Shown: positions 22,001 to 30,760 of the stretch, piece by piece
How the letters are laid out: each line of letters starts with the position of its first letter
Numbering within the stretch: the first letter of the stretch is position 1
From: Chloroflexota bacterium
GTDB taxonomy: Bacteria; Chloroflexota; UBA11872
Direction of reading: 5' to 3'
DNA length: 64,000 nucleotides
Assembly: GCA_022824865.1 (NCBI GenBank)
Contig: JAJDZD010000039.1
Span: forward strand, 55,106 to 119,105
The notes under the pieces: generated by a model
Told to the model about the DNA's origin: nothing
The model's database searches: none
Seen by the model: the letters and a program-made list of their open reading frames with translations, nothing else
Made by a program: the position numbers and the translations under genes

Positions 22001-23282
22001 CGTCAACCCGTGGGACTACCCGACCTACGCCGTCGTCACGCTCGCCGCGCTCACCTACGCGCTCTGGCGCAGCCGGCGACTCAGTCCGCGCGACCTGGCG
22101 GCGACCGTTCTTGGCGTTGGCGCCGGCCTGACGGTGGCGTCGCAGTTGCTCTTCCAGCCGTTTCACGCCGCCTACGTTGACTTCTACGGAGGTCTCAATC
22201 CCACGCCCGGAACCACGCCGGCGGCGCAATGGCTGCTCATCTTCGGGCTGCCGATCGCCGTGCTCGCCTCCTACGCGGCGCTGCGTCTTATCGCAAGCCT
22301 GCGGGCCTGGCCGCGGCAGATCGTTCTGCAAGCCGCCGGCCTGGCCGCCGCGACGCTGCTGCTGGCGGGCCTTCTCGGCGCCGGCGCGGACTGGTCGACA
22401 CGCGCACTCATCATTGGTCTGCTCGTCCTCGGCGCCGGCGCGGCCTGGACCACACGTGCTGAGCCAGGGGCGTTGGCCCCCCTTGCTCTCCTGCTGGCGG
22501 GCGTGGGACTCACGGTCGCGCCCGAGTTCATCGTGGTTCGCGACGACATCGGCCGGCTCAATACGATCTTCAAGTCTTACCTGCAGGCTTGGACCCTGCT
22601 GGGTCTCGGCGCGGCCCTGGCCCTCCCATGCCTGATCCGTGTGCTAAGGCCCCGGCAAGGAAGGCGATTCAACGGGGCGCGCATGGCCTGGATTGCCGGA
22701 CTCGTGATGCTGGCGATTACCGCGCTGTCGTATCCGCTCCTGGCCACGCCGCACAAACTCAACCTCCGCATCCAGCCGCTGCCCGCAACGCTGGACGGCG
22801 AGGCGTTCATGGACGGCGGTGTCATCTACGACCAGGGAGTGCCGGTTGCCCTGAGCGCCGACCAACGGGCCATCGAATGGCTGCGGGCAAACGTGCGGGG
22901 AGCCCCCGTGGTGGCGGAAACGCCGACCACCATCTATCGCTGGGGTGGACGGGTCTCGGTCTACACCGGCCTGCCCACCGTCATGGCCTGGGACTGGCAC
23001 GCCAAGCAGCAGCACTGGGGCTACGTGCATGAAGTCGAGGCCCGGTTCGATGATGCTCGCGAGCTATTCGCTACCAGGGACGTCCGTCGCACCCGCGCGC
23101 TGCTCTCAAGGTATGGCGTTGGCCTGGTCTACGTTGGCGAACTCGAACGGAGCATCTACCCGGCGGAAGCGCTGGCAAAGTTCGACCGTATGGCGGCATT
23201 CGGCGTACGCGAGATATACCGCGACGGTGCTACGGTGATCTATCGCGTAGATCCCAGCAGCCAGCCGGCACCGGCCGGATGA
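19014..23282 (+). CDS. Giant polytopic membrane protein: GT39/ArnT-like glycosyltransferase N-domain + YYY (DUF2298) domain
   Basis: 1422 aa. The N-terminus resembles PMT_2/ArnT-type glycosyltransferases. The later segment SRLNYYYLGHV is the YYY motif of the Chloroflexi/Archaea DUF2298 family. Confidence 0.8.
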   Translation: MGERAAVLRTSPLRLLRRSVHRPDPAWALHATAVAAVLALGAALRLVGLDWDQGQHQHPDERFLSSVLLQIQPAPNLWSYVDPSRSPLNPFNHDISFFVYGTLPLFLVESLARALGRTGYDEAYLIGRALSALFDLGTVVLVYLLGRRLLGPWPGVLAAALMALAVHSIQIAHFFAVDTFATFFGTLALWLLVRYAASRDARSLGLAGIAAGLAMASKLSTGLLLALFAGWWAIHAVREGVLGDAWARRGAWLAHLGAFGAFAALAFRLFQPYAFAEASPWDWRLAPAFTSALAQQQAIQSGTLDWPPGIQWAGTAAWFYPLEQIVHWGAGPAFGLAALAATGLAVVVWWRTRSHVLALSLAWGGLNVLVFGALVLKTMRYFHPVYPVLALLTAWMLAWGWQRRARLRGLAGWGVGAALAAVLGATLLWALAFTQIYGRDHTRVAASAFVYANVPSGSAIAVEQWDDALPLPLDGRSPDRFTHLSLRVYDPDEEAKRSHLIQSLNQADLVILASDRGAATIPRMPQRYPLTGRYYRALDDGSLGFDLLARFESRPSLGPWTIDDRAAEEAFSVYDHPTVSIYARRGSGTSAAIQRELGAVDLRGVMQVLPRDAATRRTNLTAAEATRVEAEAGWPAQFQERPLRGAGAVAAWYAAVWLAGLLAWPLIWPALRRLPDRGYAAARVLGPLVLIFPTWWLASTGAMRFDVPAILAGVSLVAVVSGAVAWRHWAEVRRSLAGAVAPILVTEALILLAFGAMLILRMRNPDLWHPVFGGEKPMDFAHLNAVIRSPEFPPHDPWHAGSRLNYYYLGHVPTAALANTLGVVPATAYNLAVAGAFAAAVGAIFGAASGLWSLLGRRWGEAAAVGLAAVALVLLAGNLHVALQLVVFAQHKAGDATIAVLEIPGLLFGGGLAESFDFWAATRVIPRTVNEFPWFTFMYGDLHPHLMNFANTGAALIGVAAIVGLGEAARRERATGWRPWVAVLALQTFVLALHRVVNPWDYPTYAVVTLAALTYALWRSRRLSPRDLAATVLGVGAGLTVASQLLFQPFHAAYVDFYGGLNPTPGTTPAAQWLLIFGLPIAVLASYAALRLIASLRAWPRQIVLQAAGLAAATLLLAGLLGAGADWSTRALIIGLLVLGAGAAWTTRAEPGALAPLALLLAGVGLTVAPEFIVVRDDIGRLNTIFKSYLQAWTLLGLGAALALPCLIRVLRPRQGRRFNGARMAWIAGLVMLAITALSYPLLATPHKLNLRIQPLPATLDGEAFMDGGVIYDQGVPVALSADQRAIEWLRANVRGAPVVAETPTTIYRWGGRVSVYTGLPTVMAWDWHAKQQHWGYVHEVEARFDDARELFATRDVRRTRALLSRYGVGLVYVGELERSIYPAEALAKFDRMAAFGVREIYRDGATVIYRVDPSSQPAPAG

Positions 23283-23316
23283 CGCACGCGTTGGCGACAC
23301 CGAGGGCAGGCGTGAG

Positions 23317-23685
23317 ATGGCGACCCAACTCTTGAGCCGCGTGGTACTACAGCAGGTGACGCAGCAGGTGCTGCCGCGGGTAATCCAGCAACTGCCGGAA
23401 CTCATGGCGCGGACCCAGCCAGGCACTCCGCAGCAGGCTCCGATGACCGACCTCTCTCGGATGAACGCGCTGGCGATCGGCGAACTGCGCGCGGAAGCTG
23501 GCCAGGCCCAGGCCCGAGCCGAGCGCGACGCTGCTCGCCTGGATCGCATGGGACGTCGCATGGAGCGCCTTGAGCAGCAAATCAGGTGGCGGCGCACGGT
23601 GCTGACGTTTGCGACGGCCGTCGTGGCCTATGGCATTGGCCTTGGCACGGCCGTCCTCCTCGTGTTGCTCGGCGCATTTGGCTAG
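23317..23685 (+). CDS. Hypothetical tail-anchored coiled-coil protein
   Basis: 122 aa. Gln-rich N-terminus, charged helical middle, and one C-terminal TM (VLTFATAVVAYGIGLGTAVLLVLLGAF). Confidence 0.45.
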   Translation: MATQLLSRVVLQQVTQQVLPRVIQQLPELMARTQPGTPQQAPMTDLSRMNALAIGELRAEAGQAQARAERDAARLDRMGRRMERLEQQIRWRRTVLTFATAVVAYGIGLGTAVLLVLLGAFG

Positions 23686-23759
23686 GCCGAGCGTTGCCAT
23701 GCGTTGCGCGGTCCACGGAATCCGCCAGGGGCGAGCGGCCTCGCTGAGAGAATCAGGTC

Positions 23760-24482
23760 ATGCCCGCTGACCTGTCCACCGCGTTTACGCGTGTTACCGA
23801 CACGCTGGGCGACGACCCGAATCTGATCACCACGCTTGAGGTGGTCGACACGCTTAACGTCATGGTTGAAGGCGCGCATCCCATCCTTCGGTGTCCCAGC
23901 GGCTGCGCCCGCTGCTGCCATCAGCAGGTCTATATCAGTGAAGATGAATGGGCCATCCTGCTGCCGGCGCTGCATCGGGACTCTACGGCCGACGAACGGC
24001 GCCGAATCGTCCGACGCGCCCGCCGGCTGCTGGACCGCAAGCGAGGTCCGTTTCGACGGGCCTTGCGGGCGCGCAACTTGGAGGAATTGAGCCGGCTGAT
24101 GCAGAGCGTCGACCGGCGGCGCGTCCAGCGCTGCGTGCTGCTCACCAACGACAACCTCTGCGCCGGCTATCACGGGCGACCCATGATCTGCCGGGCATTC
24201 GGGCGCGTCGCGCACACCGTCAATCTCCCGATGCTGTGCAAGATCTTTTTTGACCGGCTAAGCGAGACGGGGGCATCGCACGAGTCCCTGCAACTGGCGG
24301 ACTTTGCCCCGGTGCGCCAGGCATATTTGCAGGGTGGCGCGGACGATCTGCGCTGGAGCCTATTGCCGGTCTTCGTGCTCCTTCATGCGGATACGGACGG
24401 CGATCTCGTGCGCGAGCCGCGGCCGTTGCCCCGCGACGGCTCCTGGCCAACGATGACCCGCGAAGACATGGAACACTTCTGA
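23760..24482 (+). CDS. YkgJ-family Cys-cluster (CxxCxxCC) protein
   Basis: CPSGCARCCHQQ near the N-terminus and a later CAGYHGRPMICRAFG segment, as in the putative Zn/Fe-chelating domain family. Confidence 0.65.
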   Translation: MPADLSTAFTRVTDTLGDDPNLITTLEVVDTLNVMVEGAHPILRCPSGCARCCHQQVYISEDEWAILLPALHRDSTADERRRIVRRARRLLDRKRGPFRRALRARNLEELSRLMQSVDRRRVQRCVLLTNDNLCAGYHGRPMICRAFGRVAHTVNLPMLCKIFFDRLSETGASHESLQLADFAPVRQAYLQGGADDLRWSLLPVFVLLHADTDGDLVREPRPLPRDGSWPTMTREDMEHF

Positions 24483-24508
24483 CCACGCCCGACGACGCGC
24501 TGGCCCCG

Positions 24509-26389
24509 ATGACGGTGGGCACGGCCGGGCACGTGGATCACGGCAAGTCCACGCTGGTCGAGGCGCTGACCTCGATCTTTCCCGACCGGCTGGCCGAGGA
24601 ACGCGAACGCGGCCTGACCATCGATCTGGGCTTCGCCTGGTTCACGCTGCCCAGCGGGCGCGAGGTCTCGGTGATCGATGTACCTGGGCACGAGCGCTTC
24701 GTCTCCAACATGCTGGCCGGCGTCGGAGGGATCGACGCGGTTCTGCTGGTCATCGCCGCCGACGAAGGCGTGATGCCGCAGACGCGCGAGCACCTGGACA
24801 TCATCGACCTGCTCGAAATCGACGCCGGCGTCGTCGCCCTGACAAAGGCCGATCTGGTCGACGACGAGTGGGCGGAACTGGTCGAGGAAGACGTGCGCGA
24901 TGCCTTGCGGGGTAGTGCGCTGGCCGCCGCGCCAATCGTTCACGTATCGGCTGAAGCTCGGACCGGGCTTGACGAGTTGGTTGAGACCCTCGACCGGGTG
25001 CTGGCCCGTCGCCATGTGCGTCCCGACAGCGGCGGCGCCCGCATCCCGATCGACCGTGTATTCACCATGCCGGGCTTCGGCACCGTCATCACCGGGACAC
25101 TGTCCGGTGGGCCGCTGCGCGTGGGCGACCAGCCTGGCCTGTATCCCGGAGGACGCCGCGTGCGAGTCAGGGGCTTGCAGTCCCATCAGACGGCCATCGA
25201 CACCGCGCAGCCCGGTCGCCGGGTGGCGGTGAACCTGAGCGGCACGAGTCCGTCGCAGACGCGCCGGGGCGACGTGCTGGCCATGGAGGACGCGGTATTC
25301 GAGACCCGCCGCATCGACGCGCGGCTGCGGATGCTCCCTTCGGCCCCTCGGGCGCTGAAACCCGGCGAGGACGTGGCCCTGCACATCGGCGCGGCGGCGC
25401 GCGTGGCGCGGCTCCGGCTGCTGGAGAACGACCCGATTCCACCCGGCGGGTCGGGCTGGGTCCAGTGGCGCCTGGATGCCCCAATCGCGGCTCGCCGCGG
25501 TGACCGCTACGTGATTCGGCGGCTCTCGCCGGCGACCACGATTGGCGGCGGCAGCGTGGCCCGCGCCCTGGCGCGCCACGCGCCGCGCGGCGACACGGCG
25601 GTGCTGGAGGCTCTTGCGCGAGCCGCGGCCGGCGACCCTGCCGCGCTCGTCCGCGACGCCCTGGCCGCCGGGCTGGTGACGATGGCCCAACTGGCGCGAC
25701 GCACCGAACTCGACAGCGCGACGACGGAACAGACTCTCGCTGACCTCACAGCGGCCGGCGAAGTGCGGACACTCCGCAGCTACCTGGGCAGTGTGCCGGT
25801 GATCGAACAGCTAACCGCGGATCTACTCAGTGCGCTGCGGACGCACCACGAGTCCGACCCGGGAGCGGTCGGTCTCCGGTCGTCCGACCTTGCCCGGACG
25901 CTGGACTTGTCTGCCGACGCGGTAGGTGAACTCGCGGCCGCTGCGGCGGCCGAAGGATCCGTGCGCCTTGAAGGGCCCCGCGTGTCCCTGGCCGGTCACA
26001 CGGTCGAACTGAGCGAGTCGGAGCAACGCACAGCCCATCGACTGCTTGCGCAGCTTGACGAGGGCGGAGCGACGCCCCAGGCACTTGCCCAGGCGTTGAC
26101 CGCGGCCGGGGGAACGCCGCGCCTGGCGTCGGCCCTCGCGCAGGACGGGCGGCTTGTGCTGCTGGCAGCCGATATCGCTCTCTCGCGCCGGACCTACGAA
26201 GCCTGGCTGCGCGCCGTACGCGAGCTATTCGATTCCGCGCCAGCGGTTTCCGTTCGCGAGGTGCGCGACGCGCTCGGAACCAGCCGCAAATACGCGCTGG
26301 CGCTGCTGGAGTACCTGGATAGTCGCGCAATCACCCGCCGCGTGGGCGACGCCCGCTTGTGGCTGGGCGAGGACTCCGAGCAAGCGTAG
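24509..26389 (+). CDS. selB: Selenocysteine-specific translation elongation factor
   Basis: 626 aa. GTPase motifs AGHVDHGKS, DVPGH and TKAD. The long C-terminal extension ends in the SelB winged-helix signature (GTSRKYALALLEYLDSRAITRRVGDARL). Confidence 0.85.
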   Translation: MTVGTAGHVDHGKSTLVEALTSIFPDRLAEERERGLTIDLGFAWFTLPSGREVSVIDVPGHERFVSNMLAGVGGIDAVLLVIAADEGVMPQTREHLDIIDLLEIDAGVVALTKADLVDDEWAELVEEDVRDALRGSALAAAPIVHVSAEARTGLDELVETLDRVLARRHVRPDSGGARIPIDRVFTMPGFGTVITGTLSGGPLRVGDQPGLYPGGRRVRVRGLQSHQTAIDTAQPGRRVAVNLSGTSPSQTRRGDVLAMEDAVFETRRIDARLRMLPSAPRALKPGEDVALHIGAAARVARLRLLENDPIPPGGSGWVQWRLDAPIAARRGDRYVIRRLSPATTIGGGSVARALARHAPRGDTAVLEALARAAAGDPAALVRDALAAGLVTMAQLARRTELDSATTEQTLADLTAAGEVRTLRSYLGSVPVIEQLTADLLSALRTHHESDPGAVGLRSSDLARTLDLSADAVGELAAAAAAEGSVRLEGPRVSLAGHTVELSESEQRTAHRLLAQLDEGGATPQALAQALTAAGGTPRLASALAQDGRLVLLAADIALSRRTYEAWLRAVRELFDSAPAVSVREVRDALGTSRKYALALLEYLDSRAITRRVGDARLWLGEDSEQA

Positions 26390-26391
26390 AT

Positions 26392-27570
26392 TCAGGCGTC
26401 GGGCAAGGCGGCAAGACCCGGCAGTTCGCGGCCCTCCAGGAACTCCAGCGTGGCGCCGCCGCCGGTGCTCAGGTGGCCCATGCGATCCGCCACGCCGGCG
26501 GCTTGCACCGCGGCCAGCGCGTCGCCGCCCGCGATTACCACGAAGGCGGAGGACTCGGCCAGCCCGCGCGCAACGCCCAGCGTGCCCCGGGCAAACGGCG
26601 CATGCTCATAGACGCCCAACGGCCCATTCCAGACCACGGTGCGGGCCTCGGCTAGTGCTTCCAGATACGCGGCGGTCGTCGCCGGACCGATGTCGAGCGC
26701 CATCCGGTCGTCGGGAACCTCATCGGCGGGAACGATAGAGGTGGCGGCGGCGGGATCGATCTCAGCTGCCGCCACGGCGTCGACGGGCAGCAAGATTCGG
26801 CAGCCGGAATTCGCCGCGGCCGCGCGCACCTCGGACACGACTTCGGTCTGGCCCGGCTCGACCAGCGAGCGCCCGAGCGAACCGCTCGAGTTGGCCAGGA
26901 ACGTATTGGCAATGCCGCCGCCCAGCAGCAGCGCGTCAACCTGTGTGGCCAGCCGTCGCAGCACGCCGATCTTGTCCGAGACCTTGGCCCCGCCCAGGAC
27001 AGCGACAAAAGGACGGGCCGGATCGCGAGTCAAGCGGTCCAATGCCCGTATCTCGGCGTGCATCAGGGGCCCGGCGGCTGCCGGTAACAGCCGCGCGACG
27101 CCCACCGTGCTGGCATGCGCCCGGTGAGCCGTACCGAAGGCGTCGTTGATGTAAACGTCGGCCAGCCTCGCCAGTGCAGCGGCATGCGAGGGATCGTTCT
27201 GTTCCTCGCCGGGATGGAATCGCAGGTTCTCCAGGAGCAGCATCTCGCCGTCACCCAGGCTCCGAGCGCGGGCTTCTACGGCCGGGCCAACGCTGTTCGG
27301 GGCGAGCTCCACGGCGCAGCCCAGCAACTCGCCCAGGCGCTTGGCTACCGGGGCCAGGGAAAGCGCCGAATCGGCCTGTCCCTTCGGTCGTCCCAGGTGC
27401 GATGCCACGACCAGTCGCGCGTCCCGCGCTCGCAGATCGGCCAGCGTGGGCGCGATGGCGCGCAGGCGCGTGTCGTCGCGGATCCGTTCGCCATCCAGTG
27501 GCACGTTGGCGTCCACGCGCAGGAATACTCGCCGGCCGCGGACGTCCAGCGCCTGGCAGCCGCGTTTCAC
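26392..27570 (-). CDS. pgk: Phosphoglycerate kinase
   Basis: 392 aa. RVFLRVDANVPL and full-length PGK-like sequence. Downstream of gap. Confidence 0.95.
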   Translation of the reverse strand: MKRGCQALDVRGRRVFLRVDANVPLDGERIRDDTRLRAIAPTLADLRARDARLVVASHLGRPKGQADSALSLAPVAKRLGELLGCAVELAPNSVGPAVEARARSLGDGEMLLLENLRFHPGEEQNDPSHAAALARLADVYINDAFGTAHRAHASTVGVARLLPAAAGPLMHAEIRALDRLTRDPARPFVAVLGGAKVSDKIGVLRRLATQVDALLLGGGIANTFLANSSGSLGRSLVEPGQTEVVSEVRAAAANSGCRILLPVDAVAAAEIDPAAATSIVPADEVPDDRMALDIGPATTAAYLEALAEARTVVWNGPLGVYEHAPFARGTLGVARGLAESSAFVVIAGGDALAAVQAAGVADRMGHLSTGGGATLEFLEGRELPGLAALPDA

Positions 27571-27686
27571 GGCGCGCGCCCTGCAGAGACGTCACTGCAA
27601 GTCGGTCTCGCAGGTCGGCCCGGCGAAAGCCAGGCAGCGGACCGCCACCGATGTTTCACGTGAAACATTGGGTGCGGCCGATCCGC

Positions 27687-28727
27687 TCAGACTTGGGCGG
27701 GCGCTCCGACACGCTCGCCGATGGCCATGGCCACATCGCCGATCCGGCAGGCGTAGCCCCACTCGTTGTCGTACCAGGCCGCGACCTTCACCAGGTCGCC
27801 GCCGATGACCATGGTCGAGCCGGCGTCCACGATGGATGAGCGGGTGTCGCCCTTGAGATCGATCGAAACCAGCGGTTCGTCCGACACTCCCAAAATGCCG
27901 TCCAACCGGCCGGCCGCCGCGGCGCGCAGCGCGTCGGTGACCTCACCTTCGTCGACTGGTCGCTCCAGGTGGGCGACAAACTCGACGATGGAAACGGTTG
28001 ATACCGGCACCCGGTAGGCCGCGCCGTGCATGCGGCCGTCCAATTCGGGAATAGCCAGTCCAATAGCCCGGGCCGCGCCCGTACTGGCCGGAACGATGCT
28101 CATTGCGCTGGCGCGGGCTTCGCGCAGATCGCCGATGGCGGTGTCCACCAGGCTCTGCGAGGACGTATAGGCGTGGATCGTGGACATCAGCCCTTTGCGA
28201 ACGCCGAACTCGCGGTGCACCACGTCCAGCGGCGGCGCCAGGCCGTTGGTGGTGCATGAGGCGTTGCTGACGGCGTAGTGCGAGGCGGGATCGAACTGAT
28301 CGTCGTTGACGCCAAGAACCACGGTGAGATCGGCGTCGCCGGACGGCGCCGAGATCAGCACGCGACCGCCCCCGGCCTCCAGGTGCGCCGCTGCTCTTGC
28401 GCGTTCCGTTCCCACACCGGTGGATTCGACCACCAGGTCGGCGCCCAGATCGCCCCAGGGCAACTCGGTCCAGTCGCGGACGGAGTAATACGGGATCGAG
28501 GTCCCACCCACCACCAGCCCGCCGGCCGTGGCTTCCACGTTTTGCACGAAGCGCCCGTAGTTGCTGTCGTACTGCAGCAGGTGTGCTGAGGCGCGCAGCT
28601 CGGCCAGGTCGTTGATGCCGACGATCTCAGCCTGCGGATGGCGTTCCAGCAGCGCCCGCAAAGCCAGGCGGCCGATCCGCCCAAATCCGTTGATTCCAAT
28701 TCGCACGATGGCTCTCCTCGGTGTCAA
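27687..28727 (-). CDS. gap: Glyceraldehyde-3-phosphate dehydrogenase
   Basis: INGFGRIGR NAD motif and SNASCTTN catalytic-Cys motif. Confidence 0.95.
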   Translation of the reverse strand: MTPRRAIVRIGINGFGRIGRLALRALLERHPQAEIVGINDLAELRASAHLLQYDSNYGRFVQNVEATAGGLVVGGTSIPYYSVRDWTELPWGDLGADLVVESTGVGTERARAAAHLEAGGGRVLISAPSGDADLTVVLGVNDDQFDPASHYAVSNASCTTNGLAPPLDVVHREFGVRKGLMSTIHAYTSSQSLVDTAIGDLREARASAMSIVPASTGAARAIGLAIPELDGRMHGAAYRVPVSTVSIVEFVAHLERPVDEGEVTDALRAAAAGRLDGILGVSDEPLVSIDLKGDTRSSIVDAGSTMVIGGDLVKVAAWYDNEWGYACRIGDVAMAIGERVGAPAQV

Positions 28728-29059
28728 AGCGCAGGGATTGACTGGCCGTCATGGCCGGCCCGGCCGCATCCGGTCACCGTCAGATTCGCGGCGCTGGCGG
28801 TGGGGTTAACTGGCCACCGCCGCTCGCGGGCGGCGTATCGGGACGACGCAGCCGGGCGCTGATCTTACGCGACGGGCAAATGGAACGAGCGATCGTTCCT
28901 TTCTTCGAGTCAGAAGATGGGCGCTTGCCGGACTCGCGGCATGGCTGCGTGGCCTAAACTCCAACTCGACCGGTCGGCGGTGGGCGGCCGCAGGAACCAT
29001 GGACTGGAGCGCGGGCTTGATGAACGCTCCGACGCCCGCGCCTGTCCCGACCTGAGCCG

Positions 29060-29920
29060 ATGACCACGACTTCCCCACCCAAGTCCGTTCCCTCGCTGGC
29101 CGCCGTCATGCAGCGCGCGGGCGGCGAGAATTTCCCGGTGGCCTCGCGACTGCTGCCGGGGCACCTGCGGCGGCACCTCCACAACATCTACGGCTTTGCC
29201 AGACTGACCGATCAGCTCGGCGACTACGCCGAAGGCGACCGGCTGGCCCTGCTGGACTGGCTGGATGGCGAGGTCGACGCCGTCTACAACGGCGGTCTGC
29301 CCAGCCACGACGTGATGCGGCGCATCGTTCCGACGGTGCTGCGGTATTCGATCCCGGAGGCGCCGTTCCGGGCGCTCATCAACGCCAACCGGCAGGATCA
29401 GACGGTCAAGCGCTATGCGACCTACGAGGACTTGGCGGATTACTGCGACCTGTCCGCCAACCCGGTGGGCCACCTGGTGCTGTATGTCTTCGAGGCGGCC
29501 ACGCCGGAGCGATTCTGGCTCTCTGACATGATCTGCACGGGCCTGCAGCTGACGGAGCACTGGCAGGACGTGGCCGAGGACTTCCAGATGGATCGGGTGT
29601 ATTTGCCGCAGGAGGACCTGGACCGCTTCGACTGCTCGCTCGAGACGATTGCCGCACGCCAGCCCACGCGGGAGTTTCGGGAGCTCATGCGATTCGAGGT
29701 GGATCGCGCGTGCGATCTGTTCGACCAAGGCGCGACCCTGGTACGGACCCTGCCCGGGGTGCGCGGCATGGCCATCGCGGCGTTCATCGAGGGTGGGCGA
29801 GCGGCCCTTGACGCGATTCGCGAGGCGGACTACGACGTCCTGACCCAGTCGCCGCGGCCAACCGCCCGAGCCAAGGCCCGTGCGGCGCTGCGTGTCCTGC
29901 GATTGGCCCTGGACTGGTAG
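29060..29920 (+). CDS. hpnC: Squalene synthase HpnC
   Basis: Squalene/phytoene-synthase fold (ENFPVASRLLP, YGFARLTDQLGD). First gene of the hpnCDE-shc run. Confidence 0.85.
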   Translation: MTTTSPPKSVPSLAAVMQRAGGENFPVASRLLPGHLRRHLHNIYGFARLTDQLGDYAEGDRLALLDWLDGEVDAVYNGGLPSHDVMRRIVPTVLRYSIPEAPFRALINANRQDQTVKRYATYEDLADYCDLSANPVGHLVLYVFEAATPERFWLSDMICTGLQLTEHWQDVAEDFQMDRVYLPQEDLDRFDCSLETIAARQPTREFRELMRFEVDRACDLFDQGATLVRTLPGVRGMAIAAFIEGGRAALDAIREADYDVLTQSPRPTARAKARAALRVLRLALDW

Positions 29921-29923
29921 CGG

Positions 29924-30760
29924 ATGGACGCGGCCGCAGCCTACGCCCACTGCGAGCACATCACCCGCACGCAGGCCGGCAACTTTTACTGGGGCATCCG
30001 CCTGCTGCCGGGACCGAAGCGACGGGCGCTGTGCGCGGTCTACGCGCTGGCGCGCGAGATCGACGACATCGGTGACGGCGACCTGCCCGCTGAGACCAAG
30101 GCGGAGGCGCTGGGCGAGGCGCGAGAACGTCTGGCGGACATCCGTCCGGCTTCGGACCAACCGGTGCTGGCCGCGCTGGGGCACGCGTCTCGCCATTTGC
30201 CGATTCCGCTCGAAGCTTTTGGCGAACTGATTGACGGTGTGGAGATGGATGTGCGCGGCACGACCTATGAGACGTTCGACGACCTGGTGATCTACTGCCG
30301 CCGGGTGGCGGGCACCATCGGCCGACTGTCGCTGGGGGTGTTCGGCGCCAGCAACATGGAGCGCGCGACCCCGCTGGCCGACGCGCTCGGCGTCGCGCTT
30401 CAGCTCACCAACATCCTGCGCGACGTTCGGGAGGATTTTCATAACGGCCGCATCTACCTGCCTCGGGAAGACCTGTGCCGGTTCGATTGCACCCTGGATC
30501 CGGACGCTCCTCCCAGTCCGAGCTTCGGCGAGATGATCCGCTTCCAAACCGCTCGTGCCTCGCAATGGTTTGACGAGGGTTTGCGTCTACGTCCGATGCT
30601 GGACCCGCGCAGTTCCGCCTGCGCGGGGGCCATGGCGGGCATCTATCGACGCCTGCTACGGCGCATTGACCGCGATCCGGCCGCGGTGTTGCGGGGTCGC
30701 GTGGCGCTGCCGGCCTGGGAGAAGGCGCTGGTCGCGGCGCAAAGCTTGGCGGGCGGGTGA
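29924..30760 (+). CDS. hpnD: Presqualene diphosphate synthase HpnD
   Basis: Squalene/phytoene-synthase fold (NFYWGIRLLP, YALAREIDDIGD, LTNILRDVREDF). Confidence 0.85.
   Translation: MDAAAAYAHCEHITRTQAGNFYWGIRLLPGPKRRALCAVYALAREIDDIGDGDLPAETKAEALGEARERLADIRPASDQPVLAALGHASRHLPIPLEAFGELIDGVEMDVRGTTYETFDDLVIYCRRVAGTIGRLSLGVFGASNMERATPLADALGVALQLTNILRDVREDFHNGRIYLPREDLCRFDCTLDPDAPPSPSFGEMIRFQTARASQWFDEGLRLRPMLDPRSSACAGAMAGIYRRLLRRIDRDPAAVLRGRVALPAWEKALVAAQSLAGG

Noticed and set aside
24383-25690. 435-aa minus-strand ORF
   Set aside because: Antisense to selB, with no motifs.
28882-28899. Inverted repeat ggaacg-N6-cgttcc in the gap/hpnC divergent region
   Set aside because: It has only 6-bp arms. 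This is too short to separate from chance in 64 kb without conservation data.
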